A stretch of 63,232 nucleotides of DNA, filler included, from Octopus bimaculoides (lineage: Eukaryota), in assembly GCF_001194135.2 (NCBI RefSeq). It is 4 parts of 4 records of this genome, joined end to end, with 100 filler letters (N's around TTAATTAATTAA, not from the genome) between each part and the next. Parts side by side here need not be neighbours in the genome. Positions count along the whole stretch, not along the records: positions 1 to 29,381 come from NC_068995.1; positions 29,482 to 35,595 come from NC_068988.1; positions 35,696 to 44,608 come from NC_069006.1; 1 more part is not named here. One strand, given 5' to 3'. Every line of letters starts with the position of its first letter. The first letter of the stretch is position 1. A program made the translations under genes and the position numbers. Below, one piece after another: positions 25,781 through 38,397 of the stretch. The notes beneath the pieces were generated by a model. That model did not search any database, was not told the origin of the DNA, and was given only the letters and a program-made list of their open reading frames with translations.

Positions 25781-26629
25781 TCTCTTATAAAGAGTGAAAT
25801 TTTTGTACATTTTTTTTCTATTTGAAAGAGCTGGTTACTTAAAAAAAAAATAACCTGATAAAACTTATGTAAATTTTTGAAACTAGTTCCATAAATGCAT
25901 TTGGAGAAAAGTGTTAAGCGATAAAAAGTTTTAAATCAATTAGTCTTGAGATAAATGGTTAGCTGGTGTAAAAACTTCGTCTTTTTGTATGAATTGTGTC
26001 TCTTATAAAAGAAGCTTATCTTTTTATATATTGTAAATTTACTAAACTTTGTTTTCTTGTATTAAACCACTGCTCTGTTATCAAATTGCTGTTGCTACCT
26101 TAACATGATTATAACTGTGAGATGCCGTAAACCATTCTTCGTTTATATTCATTGCAACACTAAGAATCACATGGCAAATTCTACGTCTGTGCGAATATTA
26201 TATCACTATGAGAAACTTATAACATTAGCGCGAGACAAAGATGGCGAAATAAATGCTAACCTATTGAGGAAACTGCTGACATTTCATATCACATCCATTA
26301 TTAATACTTGCTACAAATACAACCAAAATACTTTACTCTCTTTCACAAGCCCATGAAGGATCCTTTATATGACCACTTCACTCACTAGAAATAGCACCCA
26401 AATATCCATCAAATCACATTTATAGCTCACTAACGGAAGAAGAACATGAGATAATATAGATAAGGATACATTGTGTCTGAAAGAAAAAAAAGAAGTAGAT
26501 AATCACGGCTTGAACGCCTTTGATTATTGGTCAATTCGTTGAAGGTTGATCTGAGGATGACAGTTAAATATGAAGACCAACAACTTAACTCTCTCTTGTT
26601 CAAGGATAGGACAAAAATCCTTGCCGAGT

Positions 26630-26853
26630 CATACAGACTCATAGGGCCGGTTTCTCAGTTTCCGCTGCGTATATATTTTCCCACTGGATGGGACGCTGGT
26701 CTGTCTCAGGATTACTCATTTTGCCTGATGAGTGAACTGGAACGATGCGAAATGAAGTGTTTTGCTCAAGAATACAACGCGTCGTCAAATCCAGGAATCG
26801 AAACCACAGTCTTAGGATCATGAGTCCAACACCGTAACCATTAGGCCACGCAT
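26630..26853 (-). mobile_element. tRNA-derived SINE, family D
   Basis: A-box TGGCCTAATGG and B-box GGTTTCGATTCC on the minus strand; related heads at ~8284 and ~44290-44380. Confidence 0.65.
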
Positions 26854-26934
26854 CTCCACACTTGTTCAAGGAGAAAGTACAATTGACAGCAACAGAACAT
26901 TATGTAATTTACAAGTGTTCTATTACACTGTGTA

Positions 26935-27324
26935 GCGGAGGCGCAATGGCCCAGTGGTTAGGGCAGCGGACTCGCGGTCATAGGATCGCGGTTTCGATTC
27001 CCAGACTGGGTGTTGTGAGTGTTTATTGAGCGAAAACGCCTAAAGCTCCACGAGGCTCCGGCAGGGGATGGTGGCGAACCCTGCTGTACTCTTCCACCAC
27101 AACTTTCTCTCACTCTTACTTCCTGTTTCTGTTGTGCCTGTAATTCAAAGGGTCAGCCTTGTCACACTGTGTCACGCTGAATATCCCCGAGAACTACGTT
27201 AAGGGTACACGTGTCTGTGGAGTTCTCAGCCACTTGCACGTTAATTTCACGAGCAGGCTGTTCCGTTGATCGGATCAACTGGAACCCTCGACGTCGTAAG
27301 CGACGGAATGCCAACGAACGAACG
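26935..27324 (+). mobile_element. tRNA-derived SINE, family C, with 13-nt TSD
   Basis: TGGCCCAGTGG A-box, GGTTTCGATTCC B-box; ATTACACTGTGTA at 26922 and 27325. Confidence 0.92.
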
Positions 27325-28750
27325 ATTACACTGTGTAACAAGTTTTATTTATTTACTTTTGTCTTTGCTTCTATTTGCTACTTGCTTCTATTTAGAAATC
27401 AAAGAAAATGACTACTATTCTCTTCAGACTTTCCTTTTGTGATCTGAACATCAATGTTTGGAAACTGACCTATTTTCCATAACATTTCAGACAGAGTAAG
27501 CGCCGAGTTGCTGAAGTAGAGATATCGTTATAGCAAATGTTCTGCGCAATACCACAGATTTGCTTGTCAATTGTTTGACCATAACCAGTTGAGCATGTCC
27601 CTAGGTGGATGACAATATGTGCATCTCTGATCATGAGTAAGAAGTAGTGGGAAGCATCATACCCATGCCCTGAGAAGGAATCTTTGGGGTTTGAATAAAT
27701 GTAACAAAGACATAGTTTGAAGGAAATATTAGCCGTTTTTTTTAATACTTTCCAGGGGATAAACAAATAGGAAATACAAGCTGCTACCCAAGGACAAAAA
27801 TCGCGTTATACAGTGTTATTAGCTTGTTGTACAGAATTCAAGTCCTTCCCTGTCAATGACAGCGAAACTTTTTGCCCAGAGAATCGAAATTTTAATTTCT
27901 TTCACAATTCTGTTACTGGAGTATCACTTATATGTATACAGGCAGTGTAGTTTTTAGCAAATGCTTATAGATAACCTTTTTATAACGCAATATATCAAGA
28001 TTTATTTTTCAAAGTGCGTTGCATGTCAAGTAAAACTTCGTGACTTATCACTACTGACAGGCATGTCATAGATTTGCCATCATCCTACTATGTGAAGAGC
28101 CTGGAAGACATAACTTTCTCGTTTATAAGTTAGCCAAGATAAAAGAGGTTAGTGAACATATGACTTTTGCGTATTCTCTGCAGAAGTTAAGGTGGATGCT
28201 GCCAACGCTGAACACATGCAGGGTACAAATAAAAAAAAAATGAAGCAGCCTTGAGATCTGGTTCGAATGATCAACCTTGATGGAGAAGATGTATGATCAA
28301 AGGTGTTCTGGTCGTAACCATCACACCTCTTTTTTAAAAGATCATCCAGTGTACCCTAATCCTCCTCCTTCTCCTCCTCTTCATCTTCCTCCTCCTCTTC
28401 ATCTTCCTCTTCCTCTTCATCTTCCTGCTCCTTCCTGCTCCTCCTTGCTCCTCCTTCCTGCTCCTCTTCCTCCTCCTTCCTGCTCATCTTCCTCCTCCTT
28501 CCTCCTCCAATCTGTTTATGCACTTACAAACCTAGTAGTTACAGGGAACTGGAGCTGCTAATTCGCATGACAAATGAAAATAGCTTGCGGTATTTAGTTC
28601 CCTTCCTTTCCTTTGCTTCAAGTTCTACTTCGGCTTTCGTCTCAGAGATTGATATAATATGTTGTTGTACTTGGGGATGGTCATATTGTATTAATACAAA
28701 ATGGCTGATATTTAGCAAGGTGAGACACACATAAGAAGGAAGGAAACAAA

Positions 28751-28795
28751 GGACCACTGATGAGGTCACAGAAGTGTGACGAAAGAACTCTGGCC
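28751..28795 (+). ncRNA. Type I hammerhead ribozyme core (minimal helix III)
   Basis: GGACCA-CUGAUGA-G-GUCACA(GAAG)UGUGAC-GAAA-GAA-CUC-UGGCC; helix II is 6 bp perfect, helix I is 5 bp with one bulge; activity untested. Confidence 0.7.
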
Positions 28796-29148
28796 GAAAT
28801 AAGATTAAGATTAATGTAATATAAAGCTGAAGCAAATTAACACCAAATATACAGTGCGTGTGTTTTTATTGGCTAAACTGGCAATATGACCATCCCCAAG
28901 TACAACAACATCTGTTTCAACACACGATTTCACATCAAAAATCTTGCAAAACAAATATATTGATATAATAATTATTGGTATTGGTATAACCATTTAATAC
29001 TTAGAAAATGATGCTCAGCATGGCCAAAGTCTTAAGACTGAAATTATGGAAAAGAATTTAAAAACGAAAAATTAAAAGTAAATACTTATAACAAAATCAC
29101 TTTAAAAACAACAACAAACGAAGAGGTAAAAAAAAAATAAAAGCGAAC

Positions 29149-29381
29149 CTGTTTCGATATCAATTTTGAATTTCCCGAGTGTATCAGAATTAAATATGTA
29201 CAATAGTTTGTTATTAGGACTGGTGCTATCTCTGTCAATGGCAATTAACTGACCGATCTTATAGCCAGCTTTAACAATGGACGGAAGAGAAAATTCATAT
29301 GATTCTTGTACGAAGCGTGGTTTGTGATCATTAACATCTTGCACGTGGATATTAAGGTCAGCCTCCGTTGAGTGGCCCCTG
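29149..29381 (-). CDS. Cadherin-repeat protein exon (5' end at or beyond the scaffold break)
   Basis: HVQDVNDHKPRF...LIAIDRD...FKIDIETG; weak donor G|GTTCGC, phase 1, matches the next exon. Confidence 0.85.
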
Positions 29382-29481
29382 NNNNNNNNNNNNNNNNNNN
29401 NNNNNNNNNNNNNNNNNNNNNNNNNTTAATTAATTAANNNNNNNNNNNNNNNNNNNNNNNNNNNNNNNNNNNNNNNNNNNN
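29382..29481. other. Artificial scaffold-join spacer (44N-TTAATTAATTAA-44N)
   Basis: Exactly 100 nt; the palindromic core has stops in all six frames; identical at three sites. Confidence 0.92.
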
Positions 29482-29519
29482 TATATATATATATATATAT
29501 ATGCATATTTTATGAATGT

Positions 29520-30640
29520 CGTATTGTGGGTTGATATGTATGGGGGTGATTTAAAGTGAGGTGTGGTGTTTAGTTTTGTTGTCCTTAGTGTGTTTGTGTC
29601 CAATTTTTTGGCACGTTTAATTCCATTGTCTATAAGTGCGGGTGGGTATTGACGTTCAATGAGTCTTATTTTGAGGTTTTGTAGGTGAAGTTCCCGAGTG
29701 GTTGTGTCAGATACAATTGTACAGATCCCTTTTGCTAGATTAAATGGGATATTTATTTTGGTGTGTTTAGGATGGCATGAACTGAAAAGGAAATAATGTT
29801 TTGTGTCTGTTGATTTGTAGTAGATATCTGTTGCAATTTGGTTATTGGATTTTTTATAATCAAAATATCCAGAATAGGGAACTGTTCTTTGCAATATTCC
29901 ATTTTAAATTGAATATTGGAGTTTATTTTGTTCAGTGTGGATTTGAAATCCAGGAGTTTATCATAGATTTCATTCCAGATGATAAAACAATCGTAGAGGT
30001 ACCTTTTCCAGTTTTCTCTTACATACTGGTGAAACGGGGGTCCAAATGTTTGGAGCGTAAATTCATGTAGGGTAGATTCAAAGAAACCCATTATTAGGTT
30101 CGCAAGGACAGGCGCTGCTTTTGTTCCAATCGCAATACCGCATATTTGGCGATAGTATGTTGTATCGAATAGGAAGTAATTGTTTTCTTAGACGAACTTC
30201 AGGGATTCAATGAGAAAAGTCTGGTTTATTCGGTCCGGAATAATTTCGGTGTATTTTTCTAACCTGAATTTTATCGCCTCTATTCCGTAGTCATGTGGAA
30301 TGTTAGTGTAGAGATTGAGGACATCGAAGGAGACTAATAATGCGTTTTCGTTGGTGGTTTTTGGCAGATGCTCTAGCATGTCCAGGTCGTCTCTAATGAA
30401 ACTTTTAATGTATCTGTGGAAAGGTTTCAATAGTATGTCCAGAAAGTTGCTTAGGCGGAGTGTTTTACAGGCCGGGCCCGCTATAATCACCCTTAATTTC
30501 AAGTCTTCTGGTGTTGGGATATTTATGTACAGATTTGGAATTGATTTGCAGGCATTAGTTATTATTTGACTCTTGTGGATTTGGGGGAGGCTTTAGAAAA
30601 GATTTGGTTTACATTCAAAGTTTGTGGTATGGTATTTTTC
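29520..30640 (-). mobile_element. Penelope-like element RT fragment (decayed)
   Basis: LVSFDVLNLYTNIP, GIAIGTKAAP, ANLIMG, WKRYLYDCF (RYxDD), TDIYYKSTD...SSCHPKHTKINIPFN. Confidence 0.88.
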
Positions 30641-30699
30641 TGGTCTTTTTCATGTTTGAGAATTAAAGATGCAAGACTTTGTGCCAAAATTTGAAACTA

Positions 30700-31900
30700 A
30701 TATTTATTATATTTCTGAATTTTGAAAATTAAGCCGTCCTTCTGAGCATGCGTTCAAGCAAAATATGTTTATACAAAAGTAATGCAGAATTTTCCAGCTT
30801 TTCTCAATAATACGGTAAATTTATTTGGCAACTTAGTATCGATTCCAATATTTTTTGGAACTGAACTGACTGAACTGATAGCATTAAGTTCTATGAGTCT
30901 CAAGATGAATCAAAATCTATTGAATTTCGGCTTCAAACTGGGAGGGGAGAACTTCAAATGGATTCAGAATTCAATACAAAATAACGAGGTGTAACAGGTT
31001 ATTAAATCTTTCGCGTATATCATTTTATGTCTGCTTGAGATGTTTTACATTAATGTCAAGGTAATCGTCTTCCGGTTCCTCTGTGATCATCTTCAAATTT
31101 GGGTATCATAAAAATCTCGATATATTAGTTTGCTAAAACTAAATTGAGATATTTAGTAGCAGAACCAATAGCTTCGTTTTATCCATGAGATTACTATCTC
31201 TTGAGCCATCACATTTTTTTAATGAATTAAATTTTCAAAATATACTTACCAAAAATATTGTCTGTCACAGCGCCAACAATTCTTCCTCTAGGTTCTTTAT
31301 AACACATGAGAGAAATTACATACCAGCATTTCAGGAATTCTGCATAATTTTCTTCATACATTTACTATTACAAACGATCTGGTAGGGTATAAAATTTGAT
31401 GAAACTTTCAGAACTTACAAGTGAAAGCGAATTATGAACATGCACTCCTAAAATTTTTGCTACTAAGGCGCTCCCTATGAGACGGAATGTAAAACTTATC
31501 TCACACGAGTGATGAATTCTTTGTTTTGTTCAACTGTAATTATATTTTATATTTTCCTTTGGATTATTGCTCACGCTTACGCTTACGTAAGTCTAATTGT
31601 AAATAGTCCTTTACCATTCCATTTTAATCTTAGGAACAAATTACTTTTCTTCCTTTAATTTGTACTCGCTTTAGAATCTCGCAGAAGCCGCGAGAAGAAC
31701 GTCATCTTTTAAATTAGATTCTTATAGATGTAACAAAATATACTTGGATTGAATTGAACTGGGCATTCCTCTTCAATGTTCTGGACCTTCCTATCGATTC
31801 TTCTGCCAACAGTGGACTTAATTAAAGGAATTGAGCGAACTGTCCGTTCCTTTGTTATGTAAGTCTCTGACAATTGGATAGTGTGATGGACAGTAACAGC
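30700..31900 (-). mobile_element. Highly decayed hAT (Buster/Charlie-like) transposase relic
   Basis: RSIPLIKSTVGRRID near 31800; DIRERFNNLL...ILNPF near 30950-31020; many stops. Confidence 0.45.
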
Positions 31901-34075
31901 AAAATAAACAAACACTAAAGTTTCGAACATTTTCTTCTATTTTAGAAATTAGTTTACAAATTGTGTATAAAACTAACAAATCTCTTTCTGCATTTTAAAA
32001 TGTTTGCATAACGAAATGGTTCATTGAAAGCTTTTCCTAGAAATTATGTCAAAAGTTTAAGTAATCCAAGGGTTTATCATTTTCCAAAGGATATAAGATA
32101 TCTAAAATAAGGTATTTTCTTTTTATTTTTTCAATTTACCAGGTATCCTGCTTTCATTGGAAATTATATTCATGTTTATCAAACTCATAGACATGGATGA
32201 GGTTTACGAATAGGCAATGAAAGCATGTGATGAATATTCAATCCAGTGCTGTAAGCCATATTTTCACGAAGCAATCTCATGGGTAAATCATTTCTATATG
32301 TAATAAAAATAATCAAGAGAGACACTTCCTTTTGGGAAAACCATAAACAAAGCAAAGTTTTTCAGTAAATTTAACGGAATAAGCTTCTACGATATCCGAG
32401 AAAGAGAAGGATTCATTTGGTGACAGTAATTGGAGACAGTCTTAGTTACTGATTTTGTTTACAGGATAGTCGTGTAAATGGTCAAAAGTAAGTTCCAGAA
32501 TTAGTTGATGGTGTCATTAAAAACGTGGTTATCCCTAGGGTTTTTGTAAAACAGTAAAAAGTATCATCTTAGCAAAAACAAAAGAAATGTATATAACCAA
32601 CAACAGAAGATTTTAAATATAATTATACAAATGTGTCCATCTGTTCTAATTTAATTAAATTCTATGTCTTTATGCAGCTGATGATTGCTCTGTATTTTAA
32701 ATTGATGTAATGATTGCATTGTTCAATTGAATGGAGTTGCATGAAACGATCGTACTGCATTACCGCTGGATATCCTTGTTGCGTATATTGGTTTATATAT
32801 NNNNNNNNNNNNNNNNNNNNNNNNNNNNNNNNNNNNNNNNNNNNNNNNNNNNNNNNNNNNNNNNNNNNNNNNNNNNNNNNNNNNNNNNNNNNNNNNNNNN
32901 NNNNNNNNNNNNNNNNNNNNNNNNNNNNNNNNNNNNNNNNNNNNNNNNNNNNNNNNNNNNNNNNNNNNNNNNNNNNNNNNNNNNNNNNNNNNNNNNNNNN
33001 NNNNNNNNNNNNNNNNNNNNNNNNNNNNNNNNNNNNNNNNNNNNNNNNNNNNNNAATGATATCTTCCCAAATATATTTTTCCTGAATTATCTGCACCGTA
33101 TTGAAATTATATATGTGTGTGTATGTGTGTGCGTGTGTGTATCTATATGTGTGCACACGTACACATACATACATACATACATACATACATACATACATAC
33201 ATACATACATACATACATACATACATAAATACATACATACATACATACGTAAGCCAATATAATAGAGGTATATAAGAAATATACTTGTCTTCATTTCGAA
33301 AGTGGTTTAAATCTGTTTTATGAGTGACTGACGCATCGTGTTTAGTTGAGGTATTCATGATGCAGTTAGGTCATGTCAGAATACGGTAAACAACTGAGAA
33401 ACAACACGAATGATATTGTATTATGAATATATGAAGTCAGTAACGGTAGAAACCATAATTGAATATATATATATATATATATATCGTCATTCATAAAGAG
33501 TCATTTGAATTCTATTGAAAATTTAATGATCTGACATACAGAATGGAGTTTCAAATTCGGCTTGCTACATGCTTAAAGAGACAGTTATTTGATGTATTTC
33601 TCTTCCATCGTTTAGTCAATTGTCTTTAGATATCATATTTCCGGTCAGTAGCATAATGAACACGAACGACACACACGCATACGCACTGACTTACACGTAC
33701 TTATTTATACAAGTATACACACANNNNNNNNNNNNNNNNNNNNNNNNNNNNNNNNNNNNNNNNNNNNNNNNNNNNNNNNNNNNNNNNNNNNNNNNNNNNN
33801 NNNNNNNNNNNNNNNNNNNNNNNNNNNNNNNNNNNNNNNNNNNNNNNNNNNNNNNNNNNNNNNNNNNNNNNNNNNNNNNNNNNNNNNNNNNNNNNNNNNN
33901 NNNNNNNNNACACACGCATACGCACTGACTTACACGTACTTATTTATACAAGTATACACACACACACAGAACAATGCACACAGGTATATATACATGTATA
34001 TACACGAACATATATATATATATATTACAATATATGTTAGATATATACAGATACACACACACATAGTCATAGAGT

Positions 34076-34470
34076 ACTCTTTAACTCTTTTACGCTTTTA
34101 CTTGTTTCAAACATTTGAGTGCGGCCATGCTAGAGCACCGCCTTTAGTCGAATCAAATCTAGCCTAGGACTTATTCTTTGTAAGCCTAGTACTTATTCTA
34201 TCTGTCTCTTTTGCAAAATCGCGAGGTGACGGGGCCCTAAACAGACATCAGTCGTCATGCGATGTTGGGGGGGACAAACACAAACATACACACACACACA
34301 TACACACTTATATATATACATATATACGACGGGCTTCTTTCAGTTTCCGTCTGGTCGGCCCGAGGCTATAGTAGAAGAAACTTGCGCAAGGTGCCACGCA
34401 GTGGGACTGAACTCGGTACAGTGCAGTTGGTAAGCAAGCTACTTACCACACTTACCACCCCTGCGCCTAT
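34076..34470 (-). mobile_element. SINE family A
   Basis: Reverse-complement full copy. Confidence 0.8.
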
Positions 34471-35099
34471 GTAGTGAGAGAATGCGGAGTTTCATACCAC
34501 ACAGATATATATATACACACACACACACATGTATGTAGTATCATAATTATACACAAATGCATAAAAACCATATTCACATGATGCTATTGTTGTTATTACA
34601 GCCATGTTAATTTTTGTTTTTGTTTTCTTGTTTTATTTTAGGTTTTGCTTTTTATTATCGTGGCACTGTATTTGTTGTTGCTGTTGTTATCGCAACCTTA
34701 ACAGCACTCTCATAATTTACTCATGATTTCTCTCATAAAATCATAAACACAATTACAAAAGAGTTATGAAAACATGTTTAAAGATATATTAATATATATT
34801 TAAGGGGCGTTCTGCGTATACCTACTGCATCGCGTATTTGCTTTAACTATAACCAAATGAGCCTATGTGAAATGTAATCTGAGTGTGCATGTTATCACAC
34901 ACACACACACACATGCGTGCATATGTACATACATACGTACATAGATATACACATACATATATACACACATATATACACGATACACATACATACACACATA
35001 CATACATACATACATATATACATACATACGCACATACATACATACATATATACATACATACACACACACATACGTACGTACATACTTTTTCTTTTATCT

Positions 35100-35478
35100 C
35101 TTTTCTCTTTTACTTGTTTCAATCATTTGACAGCGGTCATGCTGGAGCACCGGCTTTTAGTCGAGCAAATCGACCCAGGACTTATTCTTTGGAAGATTAG
35201 TACTTATTCTATTGTTCTCTTTTGCCGAACCGCTAGGTTACAAGGACGTAAACACACCACCATCGGTTGTTAAGCGATAGTGGGGGGGGGGCAAACACAG
35301 ACACACAAACATATACACACACATATATTTATATATACTTATATACGACGGGCTTTTTTCAGTTTCCGTCTACCAAATGCATTCACATGGCTTTGGTCGG
35401 CCGGAGGCTATAGTAGAAGACACTTGCCCAAGGTGCCACGCAGTATGACTGAACCCAGAACCATGTGGTTGGCAAGGA
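35100..35478 (-). mobile_element. SINE family A
   Basis: Reverse-complement copy lacking the extreme 5' head. Confidence 0.8.
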
Positions 35479-35518
35479 ACATACATACACACACACTCAT
35501 ATACATACACAAATACAT

Positions 35519-35551
<33 letters not shown>

Positions 35552-35595
35552 ATTTCATTGACATTCTTTTGAAGTCACTTTGTACATACATACCC

Positions 35596-35695
35596 NNNNN
35601 NNNNNNNNNNNNNNNNNNNNNNNNNNNNNNNNNNNNNNNTTAATTAATTAANNNNNNNNNNNNNNNNNNNNNNNNNNNNNNNNNNNNNNNNNNNN
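35596..35695. other. Artificial scaffold-join spacer
   Basis: 44N-TTAATTAATTAA-44N. Confidence 0.92.
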
Positions 35696-36185
35696 ATATA
35701 TATATATATATATATACAAGAACGTACACACATACATGTACTCTCTTTAAACTACTCATAAATGGCCGTCTGTCACACTGGTATGTTTACCTTAGTGAAA
35801 AGCAGTAAAAGCCCATTAATTTATCACCACACTGCCAATCACACTCACCAGAAAAAACAAAACGCATACATATACAATGTTATATACGTAAGTTAATACG
35901 TTGAAAGTTTGAAACATGCTTACACATATACGCACATAATATTACTCCGACAAACATAGTCTACGTCACTCCAATGAGCGTATACACTGTCTTACATGCA
36001 CATACACATGCACACACACTCATACACATAACGAAATATACACACGGCTGATTGCAAATATTTACATGGAAATGTTCATACGCACAGGTATACATTTACA
36101 TATATACACACACACACACATATGCGTATAATTGCATCTAACCGCATACGGACATATCTATCTATCTATATATATATATGTGTGT

Positions 36186-36232
<47 letters not shown>

Positions 36233-37289
36233 CATGTATATATACTTATAGACACATCTGTAATATGTGTATGTTTGGCTTGTGTGTGCNNNNNNNNNNN
36301 NNNNNNNNNNNNNNNNNNNNNNNNNNNNNNNNNNNNNNNNNNNNNNNNNNNNNNNNNNNNNNNNNNNNNNNNNNNNNNNNNNNNNNNNNNNNNNNNNNNN
36401 NNNNNNNNNNNNNNNNNNNNNNNNNNNNNNNNNNNNNNNNNNNNNNNNNNNNNNNNNNNNNNNNNNNNNNNNNNNNNNNNNNNNNNNNNNNNNNNNNNNN
36501 NNNNNNNNNNNNNNNNNNNNNNNNNNNNNNNNNNNNNNNNNNNNNNNNNNNNNNNNNNNNNNNNNNNNNNNNNNNNNNNNNNNNNNNNNNNNNNNNNNNN
36601 NNNNNNNNNNNNNNNNNNNNNNNNNNNNNNNNNNNNNNNNNNNNNNNNNNNNNNNNNNNNNNNNNNNNNNNNNNNNNNNNNNNNNNNNNNNNNNNNNNNN
36701 NNNNNNNNNNNNNNNNNNNNNNNNNNNNNNNNNNNNNNNNNNNNNNNNNNNNNNNNNNNNNNNNNNNNNNNNNNNNNNNNNNNNNNNNNNNNNNNNNNNN
36801 NNNNNNNNNNNNNNNNNNNNNNNNNNNNNNNNNNNNNNNNNNNNNNNNNNNNNNNNNNNNNNNNNNNNNNNNNNNNNNNNNNNNNNNNNNNNNNNNNNNN
36901 NNNNNNNNNNNNNNNNNNNNNNNNNNNNNNNNNNNNNNNNNNNNNNNNNNNNNNNNNNNNNNNNNNNNNNNNNNNNNNNNNNNNNNNNNNNNNNNNNNNN
37001 NNNNNNNNNNNNNNNNNNNNNNNNNNNNNNNNNNNNNNNNNNNNNNNNNNNNNNNNNNNNNNNNNNNNNNNNNNNNNNNNNNNNNNNNNNNNNNNNNNNN
37101 NNNNNNNNNNNNNNNNNNNNNNNNNNNNNNNNNNNNNNNNNNNNNNNNNNNNNNNNNNNNNNNNNNNNNNNNNNNNNNNNNNNNNNNNNNNNNNNNNNNN
37201 NNNNNNNNNNNNNNNNNNNNNNNNNNNNNNNNNNNNNNNNNNNNNNNNNNNNNNNNNNNNNNNNNNNNNNNNNNNNNNNNNNNNNNNNN

Positions 37290-37340
<51 letters not shown>

Positions 37341-37947
37341 GATAGATAGATACATACATACATACATACACATATATACATACATATATATATGTATATA
37401 TGCATACACATACATTTATATATACACACACATACATACATATGTACATATGCAAATATATTTCCTACCTATCTATACTACCTATAGGTGTATAAGTTCA
37501 TACATACTAAACATACACATACATCATACCACCACCACCACTACCAACACCACCCCTATATATACACAAATACATACACATACGTGTATCATTATTATTG
37601 TATGGTTTTCTTTTCACTGTTTACCTTCATATGTATGTATTTATTACAAATCTCTCTCTCTGTATACAACACATACACAAAAACTTCCTTTACGTCTTCT
37701 GTATGAGGGCCATTTAATTGCATACAACCATCACTGAATGGTCTATATAAGTATTCGCCAATAATATTGAATGGTCTAGCGATAGTCTATACAAGAGTAT
37801 CCGCTGACGAAGTTTGCATTACCATACCAAGTGTCTCGATAGTTCTATTGACATTCTGTTTGATTTTGATCTAAAGTGATTATTATTATTATTATTATTA
37901 TTAGTAGTAGTAGTAGTAGTAGTAGTAGTAGCAGCAGCATCTTCTTT

Positions 37948-38150
37948 CAAGGTGTTGAGCTGGCAGAATCGTTAGCACGCCGGGCAAAATGCTTAGTGGT
38001 ATTTCACCCGTCGCTATGTTCTGAGTTCAAATTCTGTCGAGGTCGACTTTGCCTTTCATCCTTTCGGGGCCGCTAAATTAAGTACCAGTTGAACACTGGG
38101 GTTAATCTAATCTGGCTCCCCCCGTCCCCCAAAATTTCAGGCCTAGAAAG
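37948..38150 (+). mobile_element. SINE family B
   Basis: GAGCTGGCAGAATCGTTAGCACGCCGGGC...GAGGTCGACTTTGCCTTTCATCCTTTCGGGG. Confidence 0.85.
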
Positions 38151-38237
38151 GGTTATTATTTTGTCCTTAAAATGTTTTTGATTTATATTAGCCCTTGTGA
38201 CCAATTAAACAGAATTAATTATTATTATTATTATTAC

Positions 38238-38275
<38 letters not shown>

Positions 38276-38342
38276 AAATTTAGATAAATTTGGATATGTT
38301 TCGACCAAAGATTAGTCCAGGCCATGTCTAACTTAATAGCAC

Positions 38343-38397
<55 letters not shown>

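Noticed and set aside
26724-26755. CUGAUGA...GAAA motif
   Set aside because: No stable helix II; lies in a SINE body on the opposite strand and is probably coincidental
26935-27010. tRNA-like sequences (also ~49636 and ~50242)
   Set aside because: They have A/B boxes but continue into SINE bodies with TSDs and lack a proper cloverleaf; not tRNA genes
27470-27766. 98-aa minus-strand ORF in the cadherin intron
   Set aside because: It overlaps an inverted copy of the 12265-12830 repeat
28811-28993. Candidate extra cadherin exon (ETDVVVLGDG...)
   Set aside because: It is the inverted-repeat element; exon 29149 joins exon 25239 directly in phase
36122-37455. Long ORFs in the track (also 18012-18478, 46691-47485, 48831-49361 and others)
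   Set aside because: They consist of N gaps and AT/AC microsatellites (YIYI, HTHT, CVCV)
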